64,000 nucleotides of DNA from Acidobacteriota bacterium (lineage in GTDB: Bacteria; Acidobacteriota; CAIWXX01), in the NCBI GenBank assembly GCA_040755995.1, contig JBFMAF010000043.1, positions 64,001-128,000 on the forward strand, read 5' to 3'. Below are positions 45,790 through 55,082 of the stretch, piece after piece. Position 1 is the first letter of the stretch; the number at the start of each line of letters is the position of its first letter. Under the pieces are notes generated by a model. The model saw only the letters and a list, made by a program, of their open reading frames with translations, was not told the DNA's origin and made no database searches. The position numbers and the translations under genes are program-made.

Positions 45790-47097
45790 TCAGCGCGTCT
45801 CCGTCTCCCGGCGTCCGCGCGTCGCCTGTCGCCGTGCCTGCTTGCGCATGTAGTTTTTCGCCAGCTCCATGAAGATTCCGACGTCCTGGTCGACGGATTT
45901 CTGGGTTCCGTCGAAGTAGAACGTGCGAATCGGGATGCCGTCATGATCGGCGCTTATCCTTGGATAGATCGCCTCGCAGACAATCCCGTTCATGCATGTG
46001 AACGGGCTTATCTCGGCGATTCCGCAGGCGCCCTTCTCGTAAAGGTAGACCGCCTTCCCGACGCTCAGCACCATCTCTCCCATGGTTCCGTAGTGCGGGA
46101 GATACGGCAGGCTCCTCTGCAGTATCTCCGCGACGCTGTGCGGCTCTTCGCGGCCTTTCAGCAGCCCGCGCACCGGCTCGTACAGCGCATGCTCCTCTTT
46201 CTGCTGAATTGTGTTCTTCAGCCTGGCCTTGAGCATGGTGAGCGTGTACTTCTTGCCGGCCTCGGTGAGTTTTCTGATCTGTTCGCGGTTCGTGTACCAG
46301 ACCCACTCGGCGATGTCCGACAGCCAGCACTCGCCGCCGTGCTCCTCGATCTTTCGAATCACCTCTTCGTTGCTGAATGTCGAGAGCCTGCAGAAGATCT
46401 CGCCCACTACTCCGATGAGCGGGCGGCGCTCATTGCGGATTCTGATCGCACGGAACCGCTCGGCCACCCGGCCCATCGCGGCGGCCAGCTCGAGAAGCTT
46501 CTGCTTCTGATGGATGCCGCGGCGTTCGAGCACGGCGCAGGTTTCGGCGAGCGCGTCTTCGGTGGCCTGGTCCGCGTCGCCCTTGTGGATCTCGTACGGG
46601 CGGTACCGGAGCCGGAGCTTGCGGATGATATCGGCCGCCAGCAGCGCGCGCCACGACGTCCTGATGAGCTCGCCCGCGTGCTGGCCGATCCCGTCGTAGC
46701 TGTTCGTACTGGTCGGGGCCAGGACCGGGACGTCCTCGTGGCCGAGCTCACGGAGGACTTTCCGAAGATACGGCGCGTACTGGCCGAAACGGCAAGGCCC
46801 ATCGGCAGTGGGCATGAAGAACGCGACTTTGTCGGCGCCGAGAACCTCGATGCCACGCAGGAAATCACCGAGGGTGATCTTCTCCGGGTAGCATTCGTCG
46901 CCCGACGTGTATCGGCCTCCGAGCTCCAGAGTGCGATCGTTCGGTGGAAGCACCGGCATGGCCGCGACGCCGATCGAGCGAAAGGCCGCCGCGAAGGTCG
47001 TGGCGCCTTCGTCGCTCATCCTGGGGATGAGCAGCGTGCGCCCTCGCAGCCGGTCGATTGCCGGGATCTCCTGGAAGATTTTTGCGGCTTTGTTCAT
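45790..47097 (-). CDS. 2-hydroxyacyl-CoA dehydratase-like partner of the CoA activase
   Basis: GDECYP, GPCRFGQY, IGVVGEIF, PFTCM; ATGA overlap with the activase gene. Confidence 0.8.
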   Translation of the reverse strand: MNKAAKIFQEIPAIDRLRGRTLLIPRMSDEGATTFAAAFRSIGVAAMPVLPPNDRTLELGGRYTSGDECYPEKITLGDFLRGIEVLGADKVAFFMPTADGPCRFGQYAPYLRKVLRELGHEDVPVLAPTSTNSYDGIGQHAGELIRTSWRALLAADIIRKLRLRYRPYEIHKGDADQATEDALAETCAVLERRGIHQKQKLLELAAAMGRVAERFRAIRIRNERRPLIGVVGEIFCRLSTFSNEEVIRKIEEHGGECWLSDIAEWVWYTNREQIRKLTEAGKKYTLTMLKARLKNTIQQKEEHALYEPVRGLLKGREEPHSVAEILQRSLPYLPHYGTMGEMVLSVGKAVYLYEKGACGIAEISPFTCMNGIVCEAIYPRISADHDGIPIRTFYFDGTQKSVDQDVGIFMELAKNYMRKQARRQATRGRRETETR

Positions 47098-50000
47098 GAG
47101 CGGCTCGCCTCCATCGCAGGCTTCTCGGCCGCGGCGGGCGGCTTCGGCGCCCACCTCCGGAGAAACCCCTTGCTGTCGAGGTACGCTTCGCAACGAGTCA
47201 TGATGCCGGCGTCGTTGGCATGCCCATCGTACTGCAGCGACAGGTACGGCCTCCCCGAGGCGTCTCCGACGAAATGCTTGACGTAGGAGTCCGGGCCGCA
47301 CTTGAAGTTGGTTATGTAGACGATGTCGAGATACGGGTTTTTCTCCACGAACCTCGCCGCCTGCAGTATCTTCCTCCCGTAGTTCCAGTACATCGCCGGG
47401 TTCACGTCGCGAACGCTGATGTCGTCGAGGGGCAGGAAATCCATCGGTATGACGTTGACTCCATAGTAGTCTCGCAGCTTCGACGGGGTGTTCAGATTCA
47501 CGCCGCGATCGTAGATGTTGTAGGAGCGTCCCACCAGCACGATGCCCGGCTCGCCGGTCTGTTCGAGAACAGCCAGCGCTTCCCTGCCTGCATCATTCAG
47601 GCTTTTCCAGAAATCCCGTTGCGCCGCGAATGCCAGCTGAGCGGCCCGGCGGATTCTCTTTTCGGGAATCTTGAATCTTCTTGCGAAATAGTCAGCAAGC
47701 TCCTTTGCGACGCCGTCCTCGCCCAGGCGGAAGTGGACGGTCGGCGTGAGCATCTTCGGCTCGTGCACCTGCAGCGTCTTGGCACTTCGGATGACCCACG
47801 GAAGCGTCTGGCCCCAGGGGCAGAGATGCGATCCGACATCGTGGAACTGCGTCTCGGCGTTCATGAGATTGGGCTGGAAGACATAGTCGACACCCTTCGC
47901 TGCGATCTCGACCATGTGCCCGTGAGCGACCTTGACGGGAAAACAGGGCTCGGCCACCGTCGCGTCGACACCCGCGGCCGTGATGTGCTTGTTGGTTGGA
48001 TTGGACACCAGGATGTCGAAGCCGATTTCCCGCAGGAACACGCGGTAGAACGGGAAGCGGTCGAAGAAATACATGCTCCGCGGGATGCCGACCAGCGGCT
48101 GGCCGGTCCGCTCCTCGTTGTAGTCCTTCATCAGAAGCTGCTCGCGCAACGCGATCAGATCCGGGATAACGGGCTTCCTTTCCACCTTCGCGCGCTTGCG
48201 GAACTGGTCGGAGCACTTGTCGCCCCAGTACGTCTTGTTTCCCTCGACCCTGAATTCCTGGATGTCGCAGAAGTTCGAGCAGGCCTTGCACGTGAATGAG
48301 CGGATGGTGTAATCGACGGCGTCGAGACGATACCCGCGGAATGTGGTGGTCCTGCCGGTCCGCTCGATCTTCTCCTTCGCCAGCAACGCCATGCCGATTG
48401 CACCGATCACCCCGTTGTGCGGCGGCACGATGATCGGTCTCTTCAAGATGGTGGCGAAAGCCGCGGCCACCGAGTCGTTGTAGGCCGTGCCGCCCTGAAA
48501 GTAGATGGCGTTGCCGATCCGGCGGCCACGAACGACGCGGTTCAGGTAGTTCCACGCGATGGAGTAGGCGAGGCCGGCCACCAGGTCCTCCTTGGTGGCT
48601 CCTCTCTGCAGATAAGGAACCAGCTCCTTCTCCATGAACACCGTGCAGCGCTCACCCAGGCGTATCGGCTTCTCCGATGACAGAGCCAGTTGGGAGAACT
48701 CTCCCTGGATCCTGATCCCCAGCCGCTCTGCCTGCTCCTCTAAGAACGATCCCGTCCCAGCCGCGCATGCCTCGTTCATCGCGAAGTCGACGACCACACC
48801 GTGCTCGATGCTGATGAACTTCGAATCCTGACCGCCGATCTCGAAGATCGTGTCGACCTCGCCGCCGATCAGGCGCTGGCCGACGTACTGCGCTCCGGTC
48901 TTGTGTGCGGTGATCTCGTCGTTGATCGTGTCCGCACCGCTCAGTTCCCCAATCAGCTCGCGCCCCGATCCGGTAGTGCCCACCCCGCGGATCACGATCC
49001 TGTCGCCGATCTCATCCTCTATCTCCCGCAGCCCGCGATTCACGACCTCGATCGGCCGCGACTCGGTCCGCACGTAGATCTCCTTGATCAGCTCGCCTTT
49101 CTCGTCGATGACGGCAAGGTTGGTGGAAACGGAGCCGATGTCGATCCCGAGGTAGGTGTTGAGGGGGAGCGTCTTGCCCTCGAATGAGTAGGGCCTGATC
49201 CTGTCGCGGAGCAGCACGACCTGCTCCGTCGAGAGCGGCTCCGTGCGTGGAAGCCCCTCGGCCGCCTCGCTCGAGCGGATGTCGAGGGCCGAGAGATCAC
49301 CGAGCTCGCTGTTCGTCTCTTCTTCAGCCTCGAGCAGAGCCGCGCCGATGGCGCCCATGAAGGCGAATGCGGTGGGCACGATCATCTTGCCCTCCGCCAG
49401 CAGGAACACGTCGCGCATCGCCTGCACGACTCCGCGGTTCGCCGCGACACCGCCGATGAAGGCGACCGTGGGATAGACCGGCTTGCCTTTGACGATGCTC
49501 CCTTTGAAATTTCTGACCACCGCCTCGCAGAGGCCCTTCAGAATCTGGGCCGGGCTGAATCCCTTCTGCTGTGCGTGAATCATGTCGGATTTGGCAAAGA
49601 CCGAGCACCTGCCGGCAATCGTCGCCGCGGCTTCCGCCGTCATGACCACGTCCCCGACTTCCTCTATGTTGTATCGCAGCCTTGATGCCTGCTGGTCCAT
49701 GAACGAGCCGGTCCCGGCGGCGCAGTCCCCGTTCTTCTCGTAGTCGGCAATGCCGGCACCGTCGCCGTCCGCGTGCGGCTCGAGCAGAAGGTACTTCGAC
49801 GTGTCGCCGCCCATCTCGAACACCGTCCGCACCTCGGGGTGCATCACGCCGAACGCCTTCGCTATCGCGCGGAACTCGTTCTCGTATGCCGCGTTGATCG
49901 ACTTGGCGACAGCCGCACCCCCGGAGCCCGTTGTGTGGATGCCTGCGATGCGGTCGCGGGGGACGAGCTGGAGGAGCTCCTCGAGCAGCTCCAGCGCAGT

Positions 50001-50201
50001 ACTCGCAGGCTCGCCCTTTGTCCTCCTGTACGTGGATATGAAGATCGGTCTGCCACTCCTCGCGAGCGAGCCCGGCCCCATTGCCTCGAGGAACATGCCA
50101 CTGGTGAGAACTGTTCGCTTGACGAGATCTATATCCTCCTGCTCGCCGACTCCAGCCAGCTTGGCGCTTACCGAACCGATGTCCAACCCCAGGTATATCA
50201 T
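47094..50201 (-). CDS. CoA-substrate-specific enzyme activase (two BcrAD/BadFG ATPase domains plus DUF2229)
   Basis: Duplicated GxDIGSVS, TTGSG, E.GG.DSK, CAAGTGSF and RC.VF; C-terminal VGIPR, CFPVK..HGH, F.CGPD. Confidence 0.92.
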   Translation of the reverse strand: MIYLGLDIGSVSAKLAGVGEQEDIDLVKRTVLTSGMFLEAMGPGSLARSGRPIFISTYRRTKGEPASTALELLEELLQLVPRDRIAGIHTTGSGGAAVAKSINAAYENEFRAIAKAFGVMHPEVRTVFEMGGDTSKYLLLEPHADGDGAGIADYEKNGDCAAGTGSFMDQQASRLRYNIEEVGDVVMTAEAAATIAGRCSVFAKSDMIHAQQKGFSPAQILKGLCEAVVRNFKGSIVKGKPVYPTVAFIGGVAANRGVVQAMRDVFLLAEGKMIVPTAFAFMGAIGAALLEAEEETNSELGDLSALDIRSSEAAEGLPRTEPLSTEQVVLLRDRIRPYSFEGKTLPLNTYLGIDIGSVSTNLAVIDEKGELIKEIYVRTESRPIEVVNRGLREIEDEIGDRIVIRGVGTTGSGRELIGELSGADTINDEITAHKTGAQYVGQRLIGGEVDTIFEIGGQDSKFISIEHGVVVDFAMNEACAAGTGSFLEEQAERLGIRIQGEFSQLALSSEKPIRLGERCTVFMEKELVPYLQRGATKEDLVAGLAYSIAWNYLNRVVRGRRIGNAIYFQGGTAYNDSVAAAFATILKRPIIVPPHNGVIGAIGMALLAKEKIERTGRTTTFRGYRLDAVDYTIRSFTCKACSNFCDIQEFRVEGNKTYWGDKCSDQFRKRAKVERKPVIPDLIALREQLLMKDYNEERTGQPLVGIPRSMYFFDRFPFYRVFLREIGFDILVSNPTNKHITAAGVDATVAEPCFPVKVAHGHMVEIAAKGVDYVFQPNLMNAETQFHDVGSHLCPWGQTLPWVIRSAKTLQVHEPKMLTPTVHFRLGEDGVAKELADYFARRFKIPEKRIRRAAQLAFAAQRDFWKSLNDAGREALAVLEQTGEPGIVLVGRSYNIYDRGVNLNTPSKLRDYYGVNVIPMDFLPLDDISVRDVNPAMYWNYGRKILQAARFVEKNPYLDIVYITNFKCGPDSYVKHFVGDASGRPYLSLQYDGHANDAGIMTRCEAYLDSKGFLRRWAPKPPAAAEKPAMEASRS

Positions 50202-50370
50202 CTGATCACCTCAGCGACTCTCTGCTTCACTCGAACCGGGTGCCGGCTCCTCAACCCTGCGCCCGCATGGTGGCCAGCCGGCCAATCCTCCTCCATCCGA
50301 GGGATTGCCACTGCCAAACTCCCCCTCGGCCACCCGGAACGTAGTTCCGCAGTCCCGGAACAAGTCCACT

Positions 50371-50400
50371 AGACTATGCTCCGACAGGGTGATCTGTCAA
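50371..50400 (-). promoter_or_regulatory. putative promoter of the activase operon
   Basis: Minus-strand TTGACA-18 bp-TAGTCT, about 170 nt upstream of the ATG. Confidence 0.35.
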
Positions 50401-50473
50401 GACGCACTCGAACCTTCGAACCCTTGGGCGCCGAACGGATCCTGGGGGGAGGGTCTTGCGGCTGTTTCGAGTC

Positions 50474-50521
50474 GTACCCGTACCCGTTCCCGAAGTTGGC
50501 GCCGGGCGCGGGTACGGGTAC
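50474..50521. repeat. 13-bp inverted repeat built from a hexamer
   Basis: GTACCCGTACCCG ... CGGGTACGGGTAC. Confidence 0.7.
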
Positions 50522-50642
50522 TATCGCAGCGAGACAATCCTCAGACAGGTCAAGCACCCCGAGACGGGCGCAGCCGAGATAGGCCCAGACCAGACCCTCA
50601 ATCGGCTCCGAAATCGGGCACGTTCCGACCGGGACGATCGAT

Positions 50643-50813
50643 CTACTTGATCGCCTTCTGCGCTTTCTGCGCCGATGCCTTCGAATAGAGGGCGCAGGGG
50701 CCTTTCTTTCCGTCCGGCTTGATTCCTGCCGCCTTGATGGCATCCTTCAGCTTCTTCTCGGATACTCCCAGCTCTTTTGCCCAGCTCCCGGCGCTCTTCA
50801 GATCTTCGGCCAT
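50643..50813 (-). CDS. 56-aa Lys/Ala-rich putative HTH protein
   Basis: GGAGGA RBS; MAEDLKSAGSWAKELGVSEKKLKDAIKAAGIKPD... Confidence 0.75.
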   Translation of the reverse strand: MAEDLKSAGSWAKELGVSEKKLKDAIKAAGIKPDGKKGPCALYSKASAQKAQKAIK

Positions 50814-50909
50814 CGTATTCCTCCGTTCTTCGCTATTATTCCGCCGCGGATCATAGCATAAGGAGATCAAGTCTCGAAATCGGACTCGATGCCTCTGACG
50901 CCTCGACGC

Positions 50910-52217
50910 CTAGTCGACGTACCCGAGCGCCCGCATCGCCTCTTCGAGCTCCACATCCGGCCGTTCCTGCCTCGGCCGCGCGGTTGAGAGGTCGAACTTG
51001 CGCAATTCCGCCATCAGGTCGTCGTAGCCGCCTCTGCTCGCCAGGTTGTGGTGCTCGCGGGGGTCGGCCGTCAGGTTGTAGTACTCCGTTCGCTCCGACT
51101 GCGGCGCGAAGATAAGTTTGCGCCTGTCCTTGATGATCGCGAAGAGCGCATCTTCGTTCTTGGCGAGCGGGTGAAGCGTCTCCGCGTAGCATGGCCTGTC
51201 AGCGTGTTCCTCTTTTCTCATGACCGGCAACAGGCTCCGTCCATCAACTCCTTCGATTGGCGGCGTTCCCATCGCGTCCAGAACCGTCGGAGGGACGTCT
51301 ACCGTTCGCACGAACGTGTCGACGCTGAGCCCGGCGGGAACGCCGGCCCCATTCATTATCAACGGCACGCGCAGCTGTTCCTGGTAGAGCGCGCCGCCGT
51401 GCCGGCCGTAGCCGTGGTCCCCCAGACCTTGCCCGTGGTCGGCAAGGACCACAACCAGCGTCTTGGGCCTCCCGAGGATGGAACGGGCCCGGCTGAAGAA
51501 ATCCTTCAACTGCGAATCCATCCAGGCGATCTCGCAGTCGTAGCGTCTCAGCCAGTCCTCACCGCGCGAATTGCCCTGGCATTCCGCGACGAATTCCTTC
51601 GGCGGGACCAGCTGCGAGTCGTGTGCGTCGAACAGGTGGATGAAGATGAAACTCCTGTACGGTTTCTGCGCACTCAGCCAGTCCAGGCACGCCGAGAGCG
51701 TCCGGTCTGCTCTCCGCTGCCTCCGGATCACCGCCGGGTCGCTGCCCTCCGGGGTCTTCTCATGGGCAAGGAATTCCTCATCCCAGTGGTCGAACCCTCG
51801 ATTCAATCCGTAGATGCGGCTTTGGAGAGACTGTCCACTGACGAATGCGGCGGTCACGAATCCGCGCTCCTTCAGCGCCTCGGGCAGCGTCTTGACTCGC
51901 TGATTCAGGCGTATTTCAGCGAAACCATACAAGAACCGGACCCCGTGGCGGGGCGGATAGAGCCCCGTGAGGATGGAGGCGTGTGAGGCCGAAGTGAATG
52001 ATGAACAGGTGATCGCGTTGCGGAACATGGTCCCGCCGGCAGCCAGGCTGTCCAGAAAGGGCGTCCGCGCAAGGTCGTACCCGTAGCACCCGGTCCGATC
52101 GGCTCGCACCGTGTCCAGGCTCACCAGGAAGACCACGGTTCTGGTGTTTGCCCAATACACCGCAACCATCGAACCGGACAGCAGCATAAGAGCCGCTGCG
52201 GCCCACCATGCTCTCAT
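50910..52217 (-). CDS. sulfatase-like hydrolase
   Basis: SLDTVRAD, TSASHASILTGLYP..HG, ADHG.GLGDH, VPLI; N-terminal signal/anchor. Confidence 0.88.
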   Translation of the reverse strand: MRAWWAAAALMLLSGSMVAVYWANTRTVVFLVSLDTVRADRTGCYGYDLARTPFLDSLAAGGTMFRNAITCSSFTSASHASILTGLYPPRHGVRFLYGFAEIRLNQRVKTLPEALKERGFVTAAFVSGQSLQSRIYGLNRGFDHWDEEFLAHEKTPEGSDPAVIRRQRRADRTLSACLDWLSAQKPYRSFIFIHLFDAHDSQLVPPKEFVAECQGNSRGEDWLRRYDCEIAWMDSQLKDFFSRARSILGRPKTLVVVLADHGQGLGDHGYGRHGGALYQEQLRVPLIMNGAGVPAGLSVDTFVRTVDVPPTVLDAMGTPPIEGVDGRSLLPVMRKEEHADRPCYAETLHPLAKNEDALFAIIKDRRKLIFAPQSERTEYYNLTADPREHHNLASRGGYDDLMAELRKFDLSTARPRQERPDVELEEAMRALGYVD

Positions 52218-54322
52218 GCCGAGCCATCCATCACGACTATCACATGCACCTGCTTTGGTCCGTGTGCACCGATTGTCAGCGTCTGCTCGATGTCGCCCGT
52301 GCGACTGGGCCCGGTGATGAACGTGATCGCGCTCGGCCAGCCCCGCCGGCGGTAGTCGGGCGCCCGCGTAGCGACCCACTCGGCCAGCGTACCGAACAGG
52401 CGTCCGGCACGTACAAGCGCGATGTGAACCGGCGGGAGCCCGCTCACGAGCCTGGGATCGCCCGGCGCTGATACGAGCACCATAGTCCCGGTCGACGCAA
52501 TCGCTCCGTCGGCCGCGGTCACGCCGACCCCGGCGCTTGCCATCTCAGAACGCGTCTTCGCGGGGTCTCTCTGGCTGAACGTCATCGCAACTTCAACGTT
52601 CGCGGCGCGAAGAACTCCTTCGACACCAGCGTCGGCCAGAAGCTCGTCCTCGGCGCACACGACGCGGCGCGCTTCTCCTACGATCGCCAGCACAAGACCG
52701 GCCGCCTCCTCCAAGTCCTTCGCGACGTATCCGCATCCACCCACCTTCTCCAGCTCGGAGATGAACCTCCGGGCCAACTCGCCCGCGTCGCTCCCCAAAC
52801 CCGGCGCCACAAGATGCTGCTCTTTGTCCTCGGGTGGCCGAGAGGCCGGCTCTACTCGGCCACCCTCGCCGCGACTCCATGCAATCCCGCCGGCTGGAGA
52901 GGCCTCGCCCTCGATCTCCTCCGCCCACCTCTCGTGGAACGTGCGTTCTGCCACCGGCGGGAACTCGCGATGGTCGGTCCATCGTGACAGGGGCCACGGC
53001 AGGTGACGCAGTCCGCGCCCTCGCCTGAACGCCCGTTGGACGACACGCGCGAAACCGACCGAACGCTCATAGAGCCACGGCTGGCTCAGGACGATGCTGC
53101 TGAGCTTGAAGCCGAGCCTCTCCAGAATCCCGGCCCTGCCTTGTCGCACCCCCTCGCTGCGTTCATCCAGCAGCAGCCGCGGCAGGTCGACCTTGACCGG
53201 GCACGCGTCCCGGCAGGCCGCGCACAACGACGACGCGTGCGGCAGATCGAAGAACGACTCGAACCCCTCCAGAAGCGGCGTCAACACGGCGCCGATCGGA
53301 CCGCCGTAGGCCGCGCCGTAAGCGTGCCCGCCGGCCCGTCGATACACCGGACACGCATTCAGACAACTGCCGCAACGGATGCACAAGAGGGCCTCGCGGA
53401 ACGGGCCCTCGCGGATCCGCGACCGGCCGTTGTCGAGAATCACAAGATGGAATGCCTCCGGACCGTCCGCCTCGCCGGGCCTGCGAGGCCCGGTGACGGC
53501 CGAGACGTACGAGCTCATCTTCTGGCCCGTGGCGCTGCGCGCCAGGAGCTCGAGCATCGTCGCGAGCTCGTCCCAGGTCGACACGAGACGCTCCATTCCC
53601 ATCACGGCGACGTGCACGCGAGGAAGCCCCGTGACGAAACGCCCGTTGCCCTCGTTTGTGACGATCACGACTGTGCCGCTCTCGGCCACGGCGAAGTTGA
53701 CCCCCGAGATCCCGATGTCCGCGCCGAGGAACGCCTGCCGCAGCTCGCGCCGGGCGACGGCCGTCAAAGTCGAGATATCGTCTGCCGGCACGCGCTGCCC
53801 GGTCTTCGCCGAGAACAGCTCCGCCACCTCCTCCTTCGACTTGTGCAGCGCCGGCGCGATGATGTGGTAGGGGCGATCGCCCGCAAGCTGTATGATCCAC
53901 TCTCCGAGATCGGTCTCGACGACATCGATTCCGGCCGCGCCGAGGGCTTCGTTGAGCCGGATCTCCTCGGACACCATGCTCTTGGACTTGACCGCCGCTC
54001 GACACCGATGCCTGCGGGCGATGTCTACCACGATGCGGCATGCCTCGGCTGCATCGGCCGCGAGGTGCACGTGGCCGGCGCTGGACCTGACCCGCTCCGC
54101 CAGCGTCGTGAGGTGCACGTCCAGATTCGCAATAGCCGATTCGCGGATCGACCGGGCCGCCGTGCGAAGAGCATCGATCGCCGGCAGCTCGCGCCATTCG
54201 CGCTCGCGACCCTCACGGAATCGATCGGTGGCGGATGCGAGGTAGGCCTGAGTGCGGGCGTCGGCGAGAATCCCCGAGGCGCGGCGGCGAAAGGTGGAGG
54301 GAAGGAAACTCACTCCGTCCAC
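52214..54322 (-). CDS. lutB: LutB/LldF Fe-S subunit fused to a LutC/LldG LUD domain
   Basis: KSKSMVSEEI, ETDLGE, TNEGN, RSATGQ, CIRCGSCLNACPVY, SSLC.AC...CPV; C-terminal ITGPSRTGDIEQ.L..GAHGP (LutC). Confidence 0.92.
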   Translation of the reverse strand: MDGVSFLPSTFRRRASGILADARTQAYLASATDRFREGREREWRELPAIDALRTAARSIRESAIANLDVHLTTLAERVRSSAGHVHLAADAAEACRIVVDIARRHRCRAAVKSKSMVSEEIRLNEALGAAGIDVVETDLGEWIIQLAGDRPYHIIAPALHKSKEEVAELFSAKTGQRVPADDISTLTAVARRELRQAFLGADIGISGVNFAVAESGTVVIVTNEGNGRFVTGLPRVHVAVMGMERLVSTWDELATMLELLARSATGQKMSSYVSAVTGPRRPGEADGPEAFHLVILDNGRSRIREGPFREALLCIRCGSCLNACPVYRRAGGHAYGAAYGGPIGAVLTPLLEGFESFFDLPHASSLCAACRDACPVKVDLPRLLLDERSEGVRQGRAGILERLGFKLSSIVLSQPWLYERSVGFARVVQRAFRRGRGLRHLPWPLSRWTDHREFPPVAERTFHERWAEEIEGEASPAGGIAWSRGEGGRVEPASRPPEDKEQHLVAPGLGSDAGELARRFISELEKVGGCGYVAKDLEEAAGLVLAIVGEARRVVCAEDELLADAGVEGVLRAANVEVAMTFSQRDPAKTRSEMASAGVGVTAADGAIASTGTMVLVSAPGDPRLVSGLPPVHIALVRAGRLFGTLAEWVATRAPDYRRRGWPSAITFITGPSRTGDIEQTLTIGAHGPKQVHVIVVMDGSA

Positions 54323-55071
54323 CTGCTAAGTGCGCCGTCGAGCACCTGGGCCAGGTGCAGGACCGGAAGCTCGATCCCGGCGCGGCTCATGGCTCCACGG
54401 ATCTGCATCGCGCAGCCCGTGTCGTTGACCACTATCGCGTCCGCTCCCGTGTCGCGGATGCACCGCAGCTTGTCAGCGACCATGCTGCTGCTTATCTCCG
54501 GCTGCCGGATGCTGAAAGCGCCTCCAAACCCGCAGCACTGATCTGACCTCTCCATTTCGACGACTTCGATTCCCGAGCAGAGACGCAGCAGCGTCCTCGG
54601 CTCATCATGAACCCCGAGCCCGCGATTCAGATGGCAGGAGTCATGGATGGTGATCTTCGCCGGGTAGCGGCCATCGATGCTGCTGACCTTCAGAACATTG
54701 GCCAGGAAGCAGCTGAACTCGAATGTGCGAGCTGCTATCGCGCGCGCACGCGGTTCCCACGTGGGATCACCCGCGAACAGGCGCGGGTACTCGTGGGAGA
54801 CCATGAGGGCGCAGGAGCCCGATGGAGCCACGATCAGGTCGGATGGGCCAAGGCGCCGTTCGAAGGCGGAGATGAAGCGTCGCGCGATCCGTCGAGCCTC
54901 CGGTACGTGGCCGTTGTTGAAAGCCGGCTGCCCGCAGCAGATCTGGTCTCTTGGGAAGATGACGCGAAGCCCCGCCCGCCTGAGAACGCGGACCAGCGAG
55001 ACGCCGATCTCGGGTGCGAAAAGATCCGCAAGGCACGTTATGAAGACCGCAACGGCCCCAGGCGTTTCCAT
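54310..55071 (-). CDS. lutA: LutA/LldE CCG-domain subunit
   Basis: FITCL.D, QICCGQPAFN.G, PSGSC, HDSCH..R, CCGFGG.FS. Confidence 0.92.
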   Translation of the reverse strand: METPGAVAVFITCLADLFAPEIGVSLVRVLRRAGLRVIFPRDQICCGQPAFNNGHVPEARRIARRFISAFERRLGPSDLIVAPSGSCALMVSHEYPRLFAGDPTWEPRARAIAARTFEFSCFLANVLKVSSIDGRYPAKITIHDSCHLNRGLGVHDEPRTLLRLCSGIEVVEMERSDQCCGFGGAFSIRQPEISSSMVADKLRCIRDTGADAIVVNDTGCAMQIRGAMSRAGIELPVLHLAQVLDGALSRWTE

Positions 55072-55082
55072 GTGCCAGCGAC

